This document shows, in pieces, positions 1 to 9,627 of a stretch of DNA of 64,000 nt. A program made the position numbers and the translations under genes. The stretch covers positions 1,813-65,812 of the forward strand of contig DASSCI010000060.1 in assembly GCA_035697845.1 (NCBI GenBank). The letters are read 5' to 3'. A model generated the notes under the pieces. That model made no database searches and had not been told where the DNA came from. It worked only from the letters and a program-made list of their open reading frames with translations. The first letter of the stretch is position 1; the number at the start of each line of letters is the position of its first letter. The DNA is from Candidatus Limnocylindria bacterium (GTDB lineage: Bacteria; Chloroflexota; Limnocylindria; QHBO01).

Positions 1-920
1 ATCGGCTGGTCGCCTCGCACGACGATCGACGCGCGCTTGCCCGGCGCGGGCTCGCCGCCGCGCTGAAGGGCATCCCGGAGGCGGTCGAGGCCATCGCCGG
101 CCAGGTCGACGAGGAGCAGCGCTCGGTGGCGGAGCTGCGGGCATCGGCAGATCGCGCGTACGGCGCCGCGCGCCAGGCGCTCGACGACGAGATCAAGCGC
201 GGCACGTTCATGCGAGCCGAGGTGCTGCGGCAGTGGCAGGAGTTCATCGGCGCGGGGCAGATCGCGCGGTTCCTGGCCGAGGGCATCGGCAAGCTGGTGG
301 CGACCGTGCGGAGCCTGATCGAGCCAGCGCCGGTTGCGCCGGCGACCGAGGTCCGCGAGGCCGCCTTCGCCGATCTGACAGCGCTGGCGGTGCAGCACGC
401 CGACACGGCCGCACAGCGGACCGCGACCGCCTGGTCCGGCGACCGATACGGCGCGCTGGCGCTCGCCGCCGACGAGGCGCTGTGGCGCGCATCGCCGGAG
501 CTGGCTGAACGGCTCACGACAGACCTCGAGGACTGGGCGCGAGGCATCGGCGACCGCATCCGCACGTTGGGCGCGCGGCGGAAGGGCTGGGCGCAGGCCG
601 CCAGCCTGGGCGTCAACGTCGTGGGCACGAGCGCGGTGCTGGCGGTCTTCGTGCACACCGGCGGGCTGACCGGCGCCGAGGTTGGTATCACCGCCGCGAC
701 GGCGGTGGTCAACCAGAAGCTGCTGGAGGCCATCTTCGGCGAAGCGAACGTCGTCGCCTTCGTCAACGGGGCGCGCGATGACCTCAGGCAGCTGCTCGAC
801 CAGGCCTTCGCCGACGAGCGTGCCCGCTGGTCCGAGAAGCTCGGCGCCACCGGCGACCCGAAGCTCGCCACGGAGCTGCGCCGCCTGGCCCACGAGGTCG
901 CCGCCATGGTGCCGGCATGA
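1..920 (+). CDS. 5'-truncated CDS; C-terminal part of a dynamin-like / IniA-like membrane-associated protein with a hydrophobic paddle region. It is the partner of the downstream GTPase.
   Basis: Frame 3 is open from the window edge to the stop at 918-920, so the true start lies upstream of the window. There is a hydrophobic segment LGVNVVGTSAVLAVFVHTGGLTGAEVGITAATAVV. The stop overlaps the downstream start by 4 bp (ATGA). Confidence 0.45.
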   Translation, partial: RLVASHDDRRALARRGLAAALKGIPEAVEAIAGQVDEEQRSVAELRASADRAYGAARQALDDEIKRGTFMRAEVLRQWQEFIGAGQIARFLAEGIGKLVATVRSLIEPAPVAPATEVREAAFADLTALAVQHADTAAQRTATAWSGDRYGALALAADEALWRASPELAERLTTDLEDWARGIGDRIRTLGARRKGWAQAASLGVNVVGTSAVLAVFVHTGGLTGAEVGITAATAVVNQKLLEAIFGEANVVAFVNGARDDLRQLLDQAFADERARWSEKLGATGDPKLATELRRLAHEVAAMVPA

Positions 921-2515
921 ACGGCGAGGGCGGGCCGCTCGATGAGCGACTGGGGCGGCTGCGGGCGGCGGTGGACGCGGCGGCATCCATCGGGCTGGAG
1001 GCTGAGGGCGCTCGCACGCGCACGGTGGCCCGACGGGTGGCGCGCCGGGCCGGCTTCGGCGGCGCGGTGTACGTCATGGCCCTGGCCGGCGGGACGGGGG
1101 TGGGGAAGTCATCGGTCCTCAATGCGCTGGCCGGCGAGGAGGTCAGCCCGGCGAAGTCGGTCCGACCCACGACGGACGCTCCGGTTGCCTGGGTCCCGGC
1201 CGACAAGCGTGATGAGCTGGACGCCCTGCTGGACTGGCTGAAGGTCGGCTCGATCGTGACCCACGAGGGGCGCGAGCTGGATGACGTCGCGATCCTGGAC
1301 CTGCCGGACATCGACTCCGTGCGCGTCGAGCACCGCGCCACGGTCGACGCGCTGCTGCCGCGGATCGACGCCGTGACCTGGGTCGTCGACCCGGAGAAGT
1401 ACGACGACCACCGTGAGCACGCCTACTGGCGGTCGCTCGTCCCGCACGCCGACCGCCTGCGCTTCGTCCTCAACAAGGCGGACCGATTGACCGATGCGGA
1501 CGTCAAGGTCGTCGCCGATGACCTGCGCGCTCGCCTCATCGCCTCGGGCATCCCCCGGCCGGAGGTGCACGTCGTGTCGGCCGTTCGGGGCACCGGGATC
1601 GACGGCCTTCGAGAAGCACTGGCTGACGCGGGCCATGCCAAGGTCATCATCGCCACCAAGCTGGAGACCGATCGCGCCGCCGCCGCGGAGCGCCTGGGCC
1701 GCTCGGTCGGGCTGGACGCCGACGAGGGATACCGACCGCTGCTGGCTCCGGAGGACCGCGAGCGGCGGACGCGGGAGGCGATCGATGGAGCACTGGAGCT
1801 CGTGGATCTCGATGGGTTGGCGCGCCAGGTCCGCGGCGCGGTCATGCACCGCGCGCGGATCGGCGGTGGATCGTTCCTGGGGCGGCTGATCGCGCTGGCG
1901 TCGTCGTTCACCGGGCGGCGCGGCCGGCGGGCTGATCCCGCCGCCTATCTGCGGGCGTGGCGCTCGCGCGGCGCGATGGGTCGGGTGCTGAACCCGCTGC
2001 GCGCGGCGATGGTCGAGGCGGCGGGCGGCCTCCCGGCGTCGAGCCGCGGACGGGTGCTCACCGCGCTGGGAGCGCTTTCGGCGGAGGCCGACGTCGCGCG
2101 GGTGATCGACCGAGCGGTGGCCGAGGCGGGCGAGCTCGAGATTCCGCGGTCGCCGCTGTGGCCGGTCATCGGCGCGTTGCAGGTGGTTGTTGGTGCGGTG
2201 CTGCTCTTCGCGGTGGCGTGGATGGTCGTCCTGTTCGTCGCGGGCGGCGGAGTGCCGGTGGCGACCGTATCGGCGCCGCTGCTGGGCCCGATCCCGATGC
2301 CGCTGGCGCTGCTCACCGCATCGGTCCTGATCAGCGCGCTGCTCGGGTGGATATTGGGCCTGCATGCCGGCTGGATCGGGCGGCGGCTGGCCGCGGGCGT
2401 CGGGGCGCGCGTCGAGGAGGCGATCCGGGAGGGCGTGGTGCGCGACGCCTTCGGCGGGCTCGACCGCGTCGAGGAAGCGCGCCGGGTGATCGCCGCGGCC
2501 GCGGACCTGGGGTGA
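917..2515 (+). CDS. Dynamin-like / IniC-like GTPase with C-terminal transmembrane helices.
   Basis: P-loop GGTGVGKSSVLNALAG, G3-like motif ILDLPDIDS and G4 motif NKADRL. The C-terminus carries two long hydrophobic helices. The start overlaps the upstream stop (ATGA). Confidence 0.7.
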   Translation: MNGEGGPLDERLGRLRAAVDAAASIGLEAEGARTRTVARRVARRAGFGGAVYVMALAGGTGVGKSSVLNALAGEEVSPAKSVRPTTDAPVAWVPADKRDELDALLDWLKVGSIVTHEGRELDDVAILDLPDIDSVRVEHRATVDALLPRIDAVTWVVDPEKYDDHREHAYWRSLVPHADRLRFVLNKADRLTDADVKVVADDLRARLIASGIPRPEVHVVSAVRGTGIDGLREALADAGHAKVIIATKLETDRAAAAERLGRSVGLDADEGYRPLLAPEDRERRTREAIDGALELVDLDGLARQVRGAVMHRARIGGGSFLGRLIALASSFTGRRGRRADPAAYLRAWRSRGAMGRVLNPLRAAMVEAAGGLPASSRGRVLTALGALSAEADVARVIDRAVAEAGELEIPRSPLWPVIGALQVVVGAVLLFAVAWMVVLFVAGGGVPVATVSAPLLGPIPMPLALLTASVLISALLGWILGLHAGWIGRRLAAGVGARVEEAIREGVVRDAFGGLDRVEEARRVIAAAADLG

Positions 2516-2593
2516 GTATCGGCGGCTGACACCGATGAGCCTTTGGCACTCGGTCGGTCAACCATGCACAACACCAACCGCAGAGGTGCGCTG

Positions 2594-2983
2594 ATGTCCT
2601 ACCAGGCCGATCCTCGCGTGGACGCGTACATCGACGCGCTGCCAGCATGGCAGCAGGAGATCTGTCGGCTGGTCCGAGAGGTCGTGCACGAGGCCGATCC
2701 CGAGGTGGTCGAGACCATCAAGCGTCGCGTGCAACCGTATTTCGTGCTCGACGGGAACATCGCGGCGCTCCTCGCGGCGAAGGACCACGTCAACGTCTTC
2801 ATCTACGACCCGCTCGTGTCGGACCCCGACGGCATCATCACGCATGGTCACGGCAACGCCACGGGGCGGCAGATCTGGATCAACGAGGGCGATCCGATCA
2901 ATGTCGCGGCCTTGAAGCGGATGTTCGAGGAGATCATCGCGCGCAACCGGGCCGGTGGCTGGCGAAGGGTCGTCTCCGCCTGA
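2594..2983 (+). CDS. DUF1801 (YdhG-like) domain protein.
   Basis: ATG at 2594 lies behind a GAGGTG Shine-Dalgarno motif. The sequence MSYQADPRVDAYIDALPAWQQEICRLVREVV...VNVFIY is typical of the DUF1801 family. I trimmed the N-terminal extension of track ORF 2543. Confidence 0.55.
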   Translation: MSYQADPRVDAYIDALPAWQQEICRLVREVVHEADPEVVETIKRRVQPYFVLDGNIAALLAAKDHVNVFIYDPLVSDPDGIITHGHGNATGRQIWINEGDPINVAALKRMFEEIIARNRAGGWRRVVSA

Positions 2984-3022
2984 ACGTTGCCGGGGCACGG
3001 ACTCCCGGCGCACAATCGCGCC

Positions 3023-3889
3023 ATGGCGAACGCAGCCAAGAAGAGCCTGGACCAGCCCGACGAGCGGGTGGCGGCCGAGGGGATCGCCGCGGACGTCGTG
3101 CAGGTGGGGGACGCATCGGTCTCGCGAAACATCTTTCAGCCCGGCGCGCACTGCGCCCTCGGGGGCCGGACGATGCCGGGCAACGTGCGCGCCCGTGAAA
3201 GCTGCCTGGCGCACCACACCGGTGTCCTGCTCGAGGGCCGGCTGCACGTCGAGATGGACGACGGGTCGACGCTGGACATCGCGCCGAACGACGTGTTCGA
3301 CATCCCGCCCGGGCACGATGGCTGGGTGACCAGCGAAGCGCCGATGCGGGCCATCAACTGGTCGGGGGTCCGGACCTGGATGCCGGCGGCCGAGTCGGGC
3401 GAGCGAATGCTGGCGACGATGCTGGTGACCGATATCGTCGGCTCGACCGAGCTCGCGGCGCGCCTGGGGCACGAGCGCTGGCGGGAGCTTCTGGCGCAGC
3501 ACAACCGGATCGTTCGCAACGAGCTGGATCGGCTTCGGGGGCGCGAGGTGACGACGACCGGCGACGGCTTCCTCGCCGTCTTCGACAGTCCCGGTCGCGC
3601 GATTCGGGCTGCGATCGGCATCCGCGCGGCCCTGGCGTCGATCGGAGTCGAGGTGCGCCAGGGCGTGCACACCGGCGAGGTGGAGCGGGTCGGCGAGGAC
3701 GTGCGCGGGATCGCCGTGCACGAGGCGTCGCGCATCGCCGCCGCGGCGGGGGCGGGCGAGATCCTCGTCTCGACCACGACGCGCGCCCTGGCCGGGAGTG
3801 ACGGGCTCGCCTTCGTCGATCGCGGCAGCCACGAGCTCAAGGGGCTCGACGGAGCGCGCGACCTGTTCGGCGTCGAGGCGGCGACGTAG
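3023..3889 (+). CDS. Cupin domain fused to a class III adenylate/guanylate cyclase.
   Basis: N-terminal cupin strands HHTGVLLEGRLHVEMDDG...PPGHDGWV. The cyclase catalytic domain follows: MLVTDIVGSTEL...TTGDGFLAVF...VHTGEVE. Confidence 0.75.
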   Translation: MANAAKKSLDQPDERVAAEGIAADVVQVGDASVSRNIFQPGAHCALGGRTMPGNVRARESCLAHHTGVLLEGRLHVEMDDGSTLDIAPNDVFDIPPGHDGWVTSEAPMRAINWSGVRTWMPAAESGERMLATMLVTDIVGSTELAARLGHERWRELLAQHNRIVRNELDRLRGREVTTTGDGFLAVFDSPGRAIRAAIGIRAALASIGVEVRQGVHTGEVERVGEDVRGIAVHEASRIAAAAGAGEILVSTTTRALAGSDGLAFVDRGSHELKGLDGARDLFGVEAAT

Positions 3890-3899
3890 CGTGACCGGG

Positions 3900-4694
3900 A
3901 TGGAGCCGCAGCCGGGTCGCAACGACGAGTTCTGGCGCGAATTCCTCCAGCAGGGCGGGGACACCTGGCAGGGGATCGGCCGGCGGTTCTTCAAGCGCAT
4001 CCCGGCCGATCCACGGTGCCGCATGTGCGCCGCCCCCTTCCGTGGCCCCGGCGGTACGATGATGCGTGCGCTCGGCAAGCGGCAATCGGATGCGAATCCG
4101 AACTGGTGCACCTCCTGCTTCGACGTCATGGCCAAGCACCATGGCGGTGCCGAGGTCGAGGGCGCCATGCTCTTCGCCGATATCCGCGGCTCCACCGCGC
4201 TCGCCGAGCGCATGTCGCCCGGCGAGTTCCACGCGCTGCTGAACCGATACCTGGCCACCGCCAGCCAGGTCGTGTTCAAGCACGACGGCGTCGTCGACAA
4301 GTTCGTCGGCGACGAGATGATGGCGATGTTCTTCCCGCTCCTCACCGGCGAGCGCTACGTGGCGCGGGCCGTGGACGCCGCAAAGGACCTGTTGCGGGCC
4401 ACCGGCCACGCCGATCCTGGCGGCCCGTGGGTGTCCATCGGTGTGGGCCTTCATTCGGGCACCGCGTGGTTCGGGGTGGTCGGCGAGGGGACGCACATCG
4501 AGATGACGGTGGTCGGCGACGCCGTCAACGTGGCTGCGCGCCTGGCCGGCGCCGCGGGACCGGGTGAGGTCCTGGTGTCCGCCGATGCGGCCGCTGCCGC
4601 CGGCCTCGACCCGAGCCTGGAGCGGCGGTCGCTGGCGCTGAAGGGCAAGTCCGTCGACACGGAGGTCGTGGCGCTTCGGGTGGACGCCGGCTGA
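3900..4694 (+). CDS. Zinc-ribbon-like N-terminus fused to a class III adenylate/guanylate cyclase.
   Basis: Cys cluster CRMCAAPF...WCTSCFD. The cyclase domain follows: MLFADIRGSTAL...FVGDEMMAMF...GLHSGTAWFGVVG. The start lies 10 nt after the upstream stop. Confidence 0.7.
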   Translation: MEPQPGRNDEFWREFLQQGGDTWQGIGRRFFKRIPADPRCRMCAAPFRGPGGTMMRALGKRQSDANPNWCTSCFDVMAKHHGGAEVEGAMLFADIRGSTALAERMSPGEFHALLNRYLATASQVVFKHDGVVDKFVGDEMMAMFFPLLTGERYVARAVDAAKDLLRATGHADPGGPWVSIGVGLHSGTAWFGVVGEGTHIEMTVVGDAVNVAARLAGAAGPGEVLVSADAAAAAGLDPSLERRSLALKGKSVDTEVVALRVDAG

Positions 4695-4714
4695 GGGCGC
4701 GAACGTCGCCGCCG

Positions 4715-6007
4715 CTAGGCGGGACGCGACGGCGCCGGCATGAGCCCGCCCAGCCACGCGCCGGCGCGCACCAGCCAGTGGTCGTGTCCGTGTCGCGCCA
4801 CGAGCTGGACGCCGATCGGTAGGCCGGACGCATCGGCGCCAATCGGAAAGGCGATGGCCGGGTGTGCGGTCAGGTTGAACGGCTCGGTGTAGGTCGAGAG
4901 GCGCCAGTACGGGACGGGTTGCCCGTCGACCTCGATCGGCGTGCCGGTTGGCCGATGCGTGAACGGCCCGCACATGACGGCCGGGAGCAGCACGGCGTCG
5001 TGGTGGCCGAAGAGCGAGTCCCAGGCCGCGCGAGCGGCGGCGCGGCGTCGCCGCAAGGCAGCCGACGTGCCCCAGGCGGCACCGCTGGATGTCGCCGCGG
5101 CATGGAGGTCGACCCAGGTGCGGTGGTGCTCACGCAGGTCGGCAGGAGGCGCGACGTGCTCGACGTGCACCTGGTTGCGGCGCGCTTCCCGAGCGAGCTC
5201 GGTGATCGCAGCGCCGATGGACTCGGCGACGGGGATCCCCTCGAAGGCACCGATGACGCCCAGCGAGGTCGCCGCCGGGTCGAAGGGCGAGTCGTCGCCC
5301 GGCGCGCCGAGCACGTCGAGCAGCAGCGCGATGTCGTCGAAAGTCCGCGCCATCGGCCCCATCGTGGCCAGCACCCCGACGCCGCCGCCGCGCGGGTGGG
5401 CGACCGGTTCGGTCACGTGGCCGCGGGTCGAGATCGCGCCGAGCGTCGGCTTCAGCCCGATCACGCCACAGAAGGCGGCCGGCAGGCGAACGGATCCGGC
5501 GATGTCGCTGCCGACCTCGATCGGGCTCAGGTGTGCGGCGACCGCGGCCGCCGCACCACCGCTCGACCCGCCGGGCGTGCGCTCGACGTCCCACGGGTTG
5601 TTCGCCCGCCCGTGCACCGGGTTCGACGTCTGGAAGTCGGCGAGGTCGCGCGCCACGTTTGTCTTGCCAAGGAGGATCGCCCCCTCTGCCCGCAGCCGAG
5701 CGGCCACGAAGCCGTCGCGTGGAGCGGGCTGACGCGACGCCGACGGGTTCCCGACGACCGTCGGCATGCCGGAGACGCGATGCGAGTCCTTGAGCGTCAT
5801 CGGCACGCCGGATAGCCGTCCGGCCGTCGGCCGCGCCGCAGCGGCCAGGGCGCGCTCGGCGTCGAGATGGATCACCGCGTTGAGCGAGGGGTTCAGCCGT
5901 TCGATGCGCTCCAGGTACGCGCGCACCGCCTCGGCGGGCGAGATCGACCGTGCCGAGATGGCCGCCGCCAGCTGCGAGGCCGACAGCCCCGTCGGATCGT
6001 CGCTCAC
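4715..6007 (-). CDS. Amidase (amidase signature family).
   Basis: GGSSGGAAAAVAA signature, catalytic Lys context MTLKDSHRVSGMPTVVG and LGKTNV. The start overlaps the upstream MFS gene stop by 4 bp. Confidence 0.85.
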   Translation of the reverse strand: MSDDPTGLSASQLAAAISARSISPAEAVRAYLERIERLNPSLNAVIHLDAERALAAAARPTAGRLSGVPMTLKDSHRVSGMPTVVGNPSASRQPAPRDGFVAARLRAEGAILLGKTNVARDLADFQTSNPVHGRANNPWDVERTPGGSSGGAAAAVAAHLSPIEVGSDIAGSVRLPAAFCGVIGLKPTLGAISTRGHVTEPVAHPRGGGVGVLATMGPMARTFDDIALLLDVLGAPGDDSPFDPAATSLGVIGAFEGIPVAESIGAAITELAREARRNQVHVEHVAPPADLREHHRTWVDLHAAATSSGAAWGTSAALRRRRAAARAAWDSLFGHHDAVLLPAVMCGPFTHRPTGTPIEVDGQPVPYWRLSTYTEPFNLTAHPAIAFPIGADASGLPIGVQLVARHGHDHWLVRAGAWLGGLMPAPSRPA

Positions 6008-7218
6008 GCGACAGCCGCAGCGGGCACCTCGCCCGGCCGCGCGCTGGCGAGCCGAGCGAAGAGGAACAGGACGACCACCACCACGACGGCGTTGAGCACG
6101 AAGAAGCTGCTGTAGCCCAGGCCGATCATCGCGGTGGCCGCGACCGGACCCAGCGTCGAGCCAAGGTCGCCGATGGCGCGGAACAGCCCCGCCGTGGCGC
6201 CGTGGCCGCCGGCGCGCCCGGCATCCATGACGTAGGCCTGCATGGCGGGGCCGCGCAGCGCGTTGCCGCCGCCCATCGCCAGCGAGGCGATGAGGATCCA
6301 GGCCGCATCCGCGGCGAGCGCCATGAACACGAGCCCGACGGCCGATGCCACCAGGAGGACCACGATGATGGCGCGGCGACCGTATCGGTCCGAAATCATG
6401 CCGGACGGGTAGAGCAGGATGAAGCCGACGGTGTTCGAGAGGAACAGCGCCCAGCCGACGAAATCGGCCCCGACGCCGAGCTCGTCGACCGCGAAGAGCG
6501 GCAGCGCGGTGAACTGCGCCCCGGTCATGGTGAAGAAGACGACGAAGCTAACCCCACTGATGAGGAGGAAGTCGCGGCTGCGGGCGAGCATCCCGAGCGC
6601 GGCGATCGGCGAGGCGTGGACGACCGGCGCGTGGTGGCGTGACTCCCTCACGAACAGCGCCGGCCCGATCGCGGCGACCGCCAGGACGGCGAAGGCCCAC
6701 AGCGCCGGCCGCAGCCCCAGCGACGCACCGATCCAGCCGCCGATGAGCGGGCCGAACCAGAAGCCGATGCGCTGGCTGGCCTGGTAGGCCGACAGGTGGC
6801 GACCTCGGGTCGCCGGCGTCGAGAGATCGGCCACCGCGGCCAGTCCGGCCGTGGTCGACATGCCGGCACCCACGCCCTCGAGGACGCGGGCAAGGAGCAG
6901 CCACTGCCACGTGGGCGACAGGGCGCTGGCGATGCCCGAGGAGGCCAGCAGCAGGATGCCGGTGACGAAGATCGTGCGACGGCCGACCTGCTCCGAGGCG
7001 GCGCCGACCGGGATGTCGGCCACCAGGCGCGTGGCCCAGCGCAGGCTGACGATCAGGCCGACCACGAACGGCACCGCGCCGATGTCGAGCGCGAAGAGCG
7101 GGATGATCGGCAGGCTGACGCCGATGCCGAGGCTCGACAGCGTCAGCGCAGCGAGCAGCGGCCACGGGCTCCCACGCTCGATTCCGCCCTCCGGGGCGGG
7201 GGCAACGGACGCCGTCAC
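6004..7218 (-). CDS. MFS transporter.
   Basis: 404 aa with about 12 predicted transmembrane helices, an MFS-type loop motif GRRAIIVV, and MFS-typical composition. Confidence 0.8.
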   Translation of the reverse strand: MTASVAPAPEGGIERGSPWPLLAALTLSSLGIGVSLPIIPLFALDIGAVPFVVGLIVSLRWATRLVADIPVGAASEQVGRRTIFVTGILLLASSGIASALSPTWQWLLLARVLEGVGAGMSTTAGLAAVADLSTPATRGRHLSAYQASQRIGFWFGPLIGGWIGASLGLRPALWAFAVLAVAAIGPALFVRESRHHAPVVHASPIAALGMLARSRDFLLISGVSFVVFFTMTGAQFTALPLFAVDELGVGADFVGWALFLSNTVGFILLYPSGMISDRYGRRAIIVVLLVASAVGLVFMALAADAAWILIASLAMGGGNALRGPAMQAYVMDAGRAGGHGATAGLFRAIGDLGSTLGPVAATAMIGLGYSSFFVLNAVVVVVVLFLFARLASARPGEVPAAAVA

Positions 7219-7222
7219 GCGG

Positions 7223-8251
7223 TCAGACTCGCGCGGCCTTCAGGGCCGGGAGCACGCGCTCCGCGATCAGCTCCAGCGTCGCCTCGTATCGGTCGAACTG
7301 CATCCGCAGGTCGAACACGAAGTGGTCGATGCCGCGCTCCGCGATCTCGACGATCTGCTCGACCACCTCGTCGGGCTCGCCGACGACCGCGATGCCACGG
7401 ATGTCCTCGATGGTCTGGAAGCCGCCCTCGGGCTGGATCCAGGTCTTGCTCGCCTCCGACGACCCGGCCAGCGCGGCGATGTCGAGATCGGCGCGGGCGC
7501 GGTTGCGGTCCGTGTCGACCTTGACCAGCGGGATGATCGACCGCGTGATCCGCCGGCCGGTCTCGGCCTCCAGCTCGGCGAGGAGCTCGAGCCGATCGTC
7601 GAGCGTGGCGAGCGGGATACGGCCGGGCATCCAGGCATCGCAATTCGCGACGGTGGTCCGCACCGATGCGCGCGTCGTGCCGCCGTACCAGATCGGAATC
7701 GGCTGCTCGGGCTTCGGCGTGAGGGTCACATTCTCGAACTGGAAGAACTCCCCGTCGAAGGTGACGTCGTCCTCCGTCCACACGCGGCGGACGATCTGCG
7801 CCATCTCGGTGAAGATGAGCTTGCGCTGCTCGCGGTTGAAGCCGGCCGCGGCCAGCTCCGCGTGGTTGCTGCCCATGCCGAGCCCGGCGATCACGCGCGG
7901 GCCGTGGAGGTAGCTCATGGCGGCCAGGTCCTGCGCCAGCTTTAGCGGCCAGCGCAGCGGGATGAGGACCGCGGTGCCCAGGAAGATTCGTGACGTCACG
8001 GCGCCGATGGAGTTCAGCGAGGCGAGCGGCTCGATGAACGTCCGATCCGTTCCCTCCATGCCGTGCGGCTTCCACAGCAGGTGGTCGCGCACCCAGACCG
8101 CGTCGAAGCCGAGCTCCTCGGCGCGCTTCGAGCCGCCGATGATCCGCTCGCGCGACGCATGCTCGCCGAAGTGCGGCACCAGCACGCCGTACGTCATGCC
8201 CTCCGCGGTGCGGTCGAGGGGTCGCCGGGTCTCCGATGGTGCGACGGTCAC
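7223..8251 (-). CDS. LLM-class (luciferase-like) flavin/F420-dependent oxidoreductase.
   Basis: TIM-barrel LLM signature regions GFDAVWVRDHLL, IFLGTAVL, VIAGLGMGSN and ERGIDHFVF. Confidence 0.8.
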   Translation of the reverse strand: MTVAPSETRRPLDRTAEGMTYGVLVPHFGEHASRERIIGGSKRAEELGFDAVWVRDHLLWKPHGMEGTDRTFIEPLASLNSIGAVTSRIFLGTAVLIPLRWPLKLAQDLAAMSYLHGPRVIAGLGMGSNHAELAAAGFNREQRKLIFTEMAQIVRRVWTEDDVTFDGEFFQFENVTLTPKPEQPIPIWYGGTTRASVRTTVANCDAWMPGRIPLATLDDRLELLAELEAETGRRITRSIIPLVKVDTDRNRARADLDIAALAGSSEASKTWIQPEGGFQTIEDIRGIAVVGEPDEVVEQIVEIAERGIDHFVFDLRMQFDRYEATLELIAERVLPALKAARV

Positions 8252-9627
8252 TGCGGCACCCCGGCGATGTACTGGCCGTAGCCCGGCTGGCCCACGATCT
8301 CGCGGTCGCGCGCGACGACCGTGCCGCGCAGCATGGTCATGGCGACGTAGCCCTTGACCTTCCAGCCGAGATACGGCGTCCAGCCGACCTTGGTGTAGAG
8401 GCCGTCATCGGTCAGCGTCATCTCGCGGTCGATGTCGACCAGCACGAGGTCCGCGTCCGAGCCGGGCACCAGTGCGCCCTTCTTCGGGAAGATGCCGAGC
8501 ATGCGGGCCGGTGCCTCCGACAGCAGCTCGACCGCGCGGCGCAGCGTGATCTTCCCGTCGTTCACATCGGTCAGGGTGATGGTGTACTGCCAGTCGTACT
8601 GCGGCGAGCCCATGGCCGAGTGCCAGGCGTCGTCCTCCATCTGCTCGAGCTCCTCGAGCGTGTGCGGCGCGTGATCGGCGTCGATGCTGTCGATGGTGCC
8701 GTCGTTGAGCGACTTCCAGATCTCGGCCATGCGATCGGCGTCCTCGGTGATGAAGCCGCCGGGGCAGGCACGGCCCTTGAGGCGCATGAGGTCGTCGCGG
8801 GTGAGGTGGTAGTACTTCGGATCCACCGAGGCGGTGACGCGCTGACCCTTTGCCTTGGCGGCCCGGATGAGGCGCAGCGACCCGGCCGAGTGGGTGTGAA
8901 CGAGGTTGAGGCGAACGCCGGTCAGGGCCTGGAGGTTGATGAGGGTGTTGGCGGCGGTGTGCCAGATCGCATCGGTCGTGTAGACCTCGCCGAAGGTGTA
9001 CCAGTTGGCCGGCTTGCCGGCGGCGAACGCCTCCTCGGACAGCTCCTCGAACAGACTCTGGTTGAAGGGGTGCACGTTCAGCGGGAGGCCGGTCTTCTCG
9101 ATGGCGCGGAACGCCTTGAGGAGCGATGCCTCGTCGTTCATGGCCAGCCGCGGGTCGTGCGGGTAGGCGCCGGAGACCTGGAAGATCTTGTAGCCGGTCG
9201 CGCCGGCATCGGCCAGCCTGGCGATCTCGTCCAGCTTGGTGCCGGCGACCCAGTGGCCGAAGTCGATGATCGACGTGGCGTCGGCTTTCTCGCGCTTCTC
9301 CAGGTAGGTCTCGACCGTGTCGGTGGGCGGCTCGACGTTGGGCATGTCGATCATCGTCGTCACGCCGCCCGCCGCGCCCGCCTTCGAGGCGGTGAGGAAG
9401 TCCTCCTTGTGGGTGAAGCCGGGCTCGCGGGTGTGGGCGTGCGTGTCGATGATGCCGGGGAGGACCAGGCGATCCGTGGCGTCGATCGTCTCGGCGGCCT
9501 CGACCGTGTTGTCGCCGTCGACCACGCCGGCGATCCGCCCCTCGTCGATGAGCAGGTCCGCGCGGACCAGCTGCCCGCCGAGATAGACCTGGCCGCCTGT
9601 GACCCGCGTCTGGTAGTTCGCCATCAA
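8248..9627 (-). CDS. Dihydropyrimidinase / hydantoinase (cyclic amidohydrolase).
   Basis: Metal-binding motif GIIDTHAHTREPG, then GGVTTMIDMPN, with the carboxylated-lysine context. Length 459 aa. ATGA overlap with the downstream LLM gene. Confidence 0.85.
   Translation of the reverse strand: MMANYQTRVTGGQVYLGGQLVRADLLIDEGRIAGVVDGDNTVEAAETIDATDRLVLPGIIDTHAHTREPGFTHKEDFLTASKAGAAGGVTTMIDMPNVEPPTDTVETYLEKREKADATSIIDFGHWVAGTKLDEIARLADAGATGYKIFQVSGAYPHDPRLAMNDEASLLKAFRAIEKTGLPLNVHPFNQSLFEELSEEAFAAGKPANWYTFGEVYTTDAIWHTAANTLINLQALTGVRLNLVHTHSAGSLRLIRAAKAKGQRVTASVDPKYYHLTRDDLMRLKGRACPGGFITEDADRMAEIWKSLNDGTIDSIDADHAPHTLEELEQMEDDAWHSAMGSPQYDWQYTITLTDVNDGKITLRRAVELLSEAPARMLGIFPKKGALVPGSDADLVLVDIDREMTLTDDGLYTKVGWTPYLGWKVKGYVAMTMLRGTVVARDREIVGQPGYGQYIAGVPQ

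Noticed and set aside
1109-2365. 418-aa reverse ORF inside the GTPase gene.
   Set aside because: It is antisense shadow with RG-rich low-complexity composition, while the plus-strand ORF has complete GTPase motifs.
2558-4345. 595-aa reverse-strand ORF spanning the DUF1801 and cyclase genes.
   Set aside because: The plus-strand ORFs contain recognisable DUF1801, cupin and cyclase motifs. The reverse ORF is Arg/Pro/Ala-rich shadow typical of the antisense frame in high-GC DNA.
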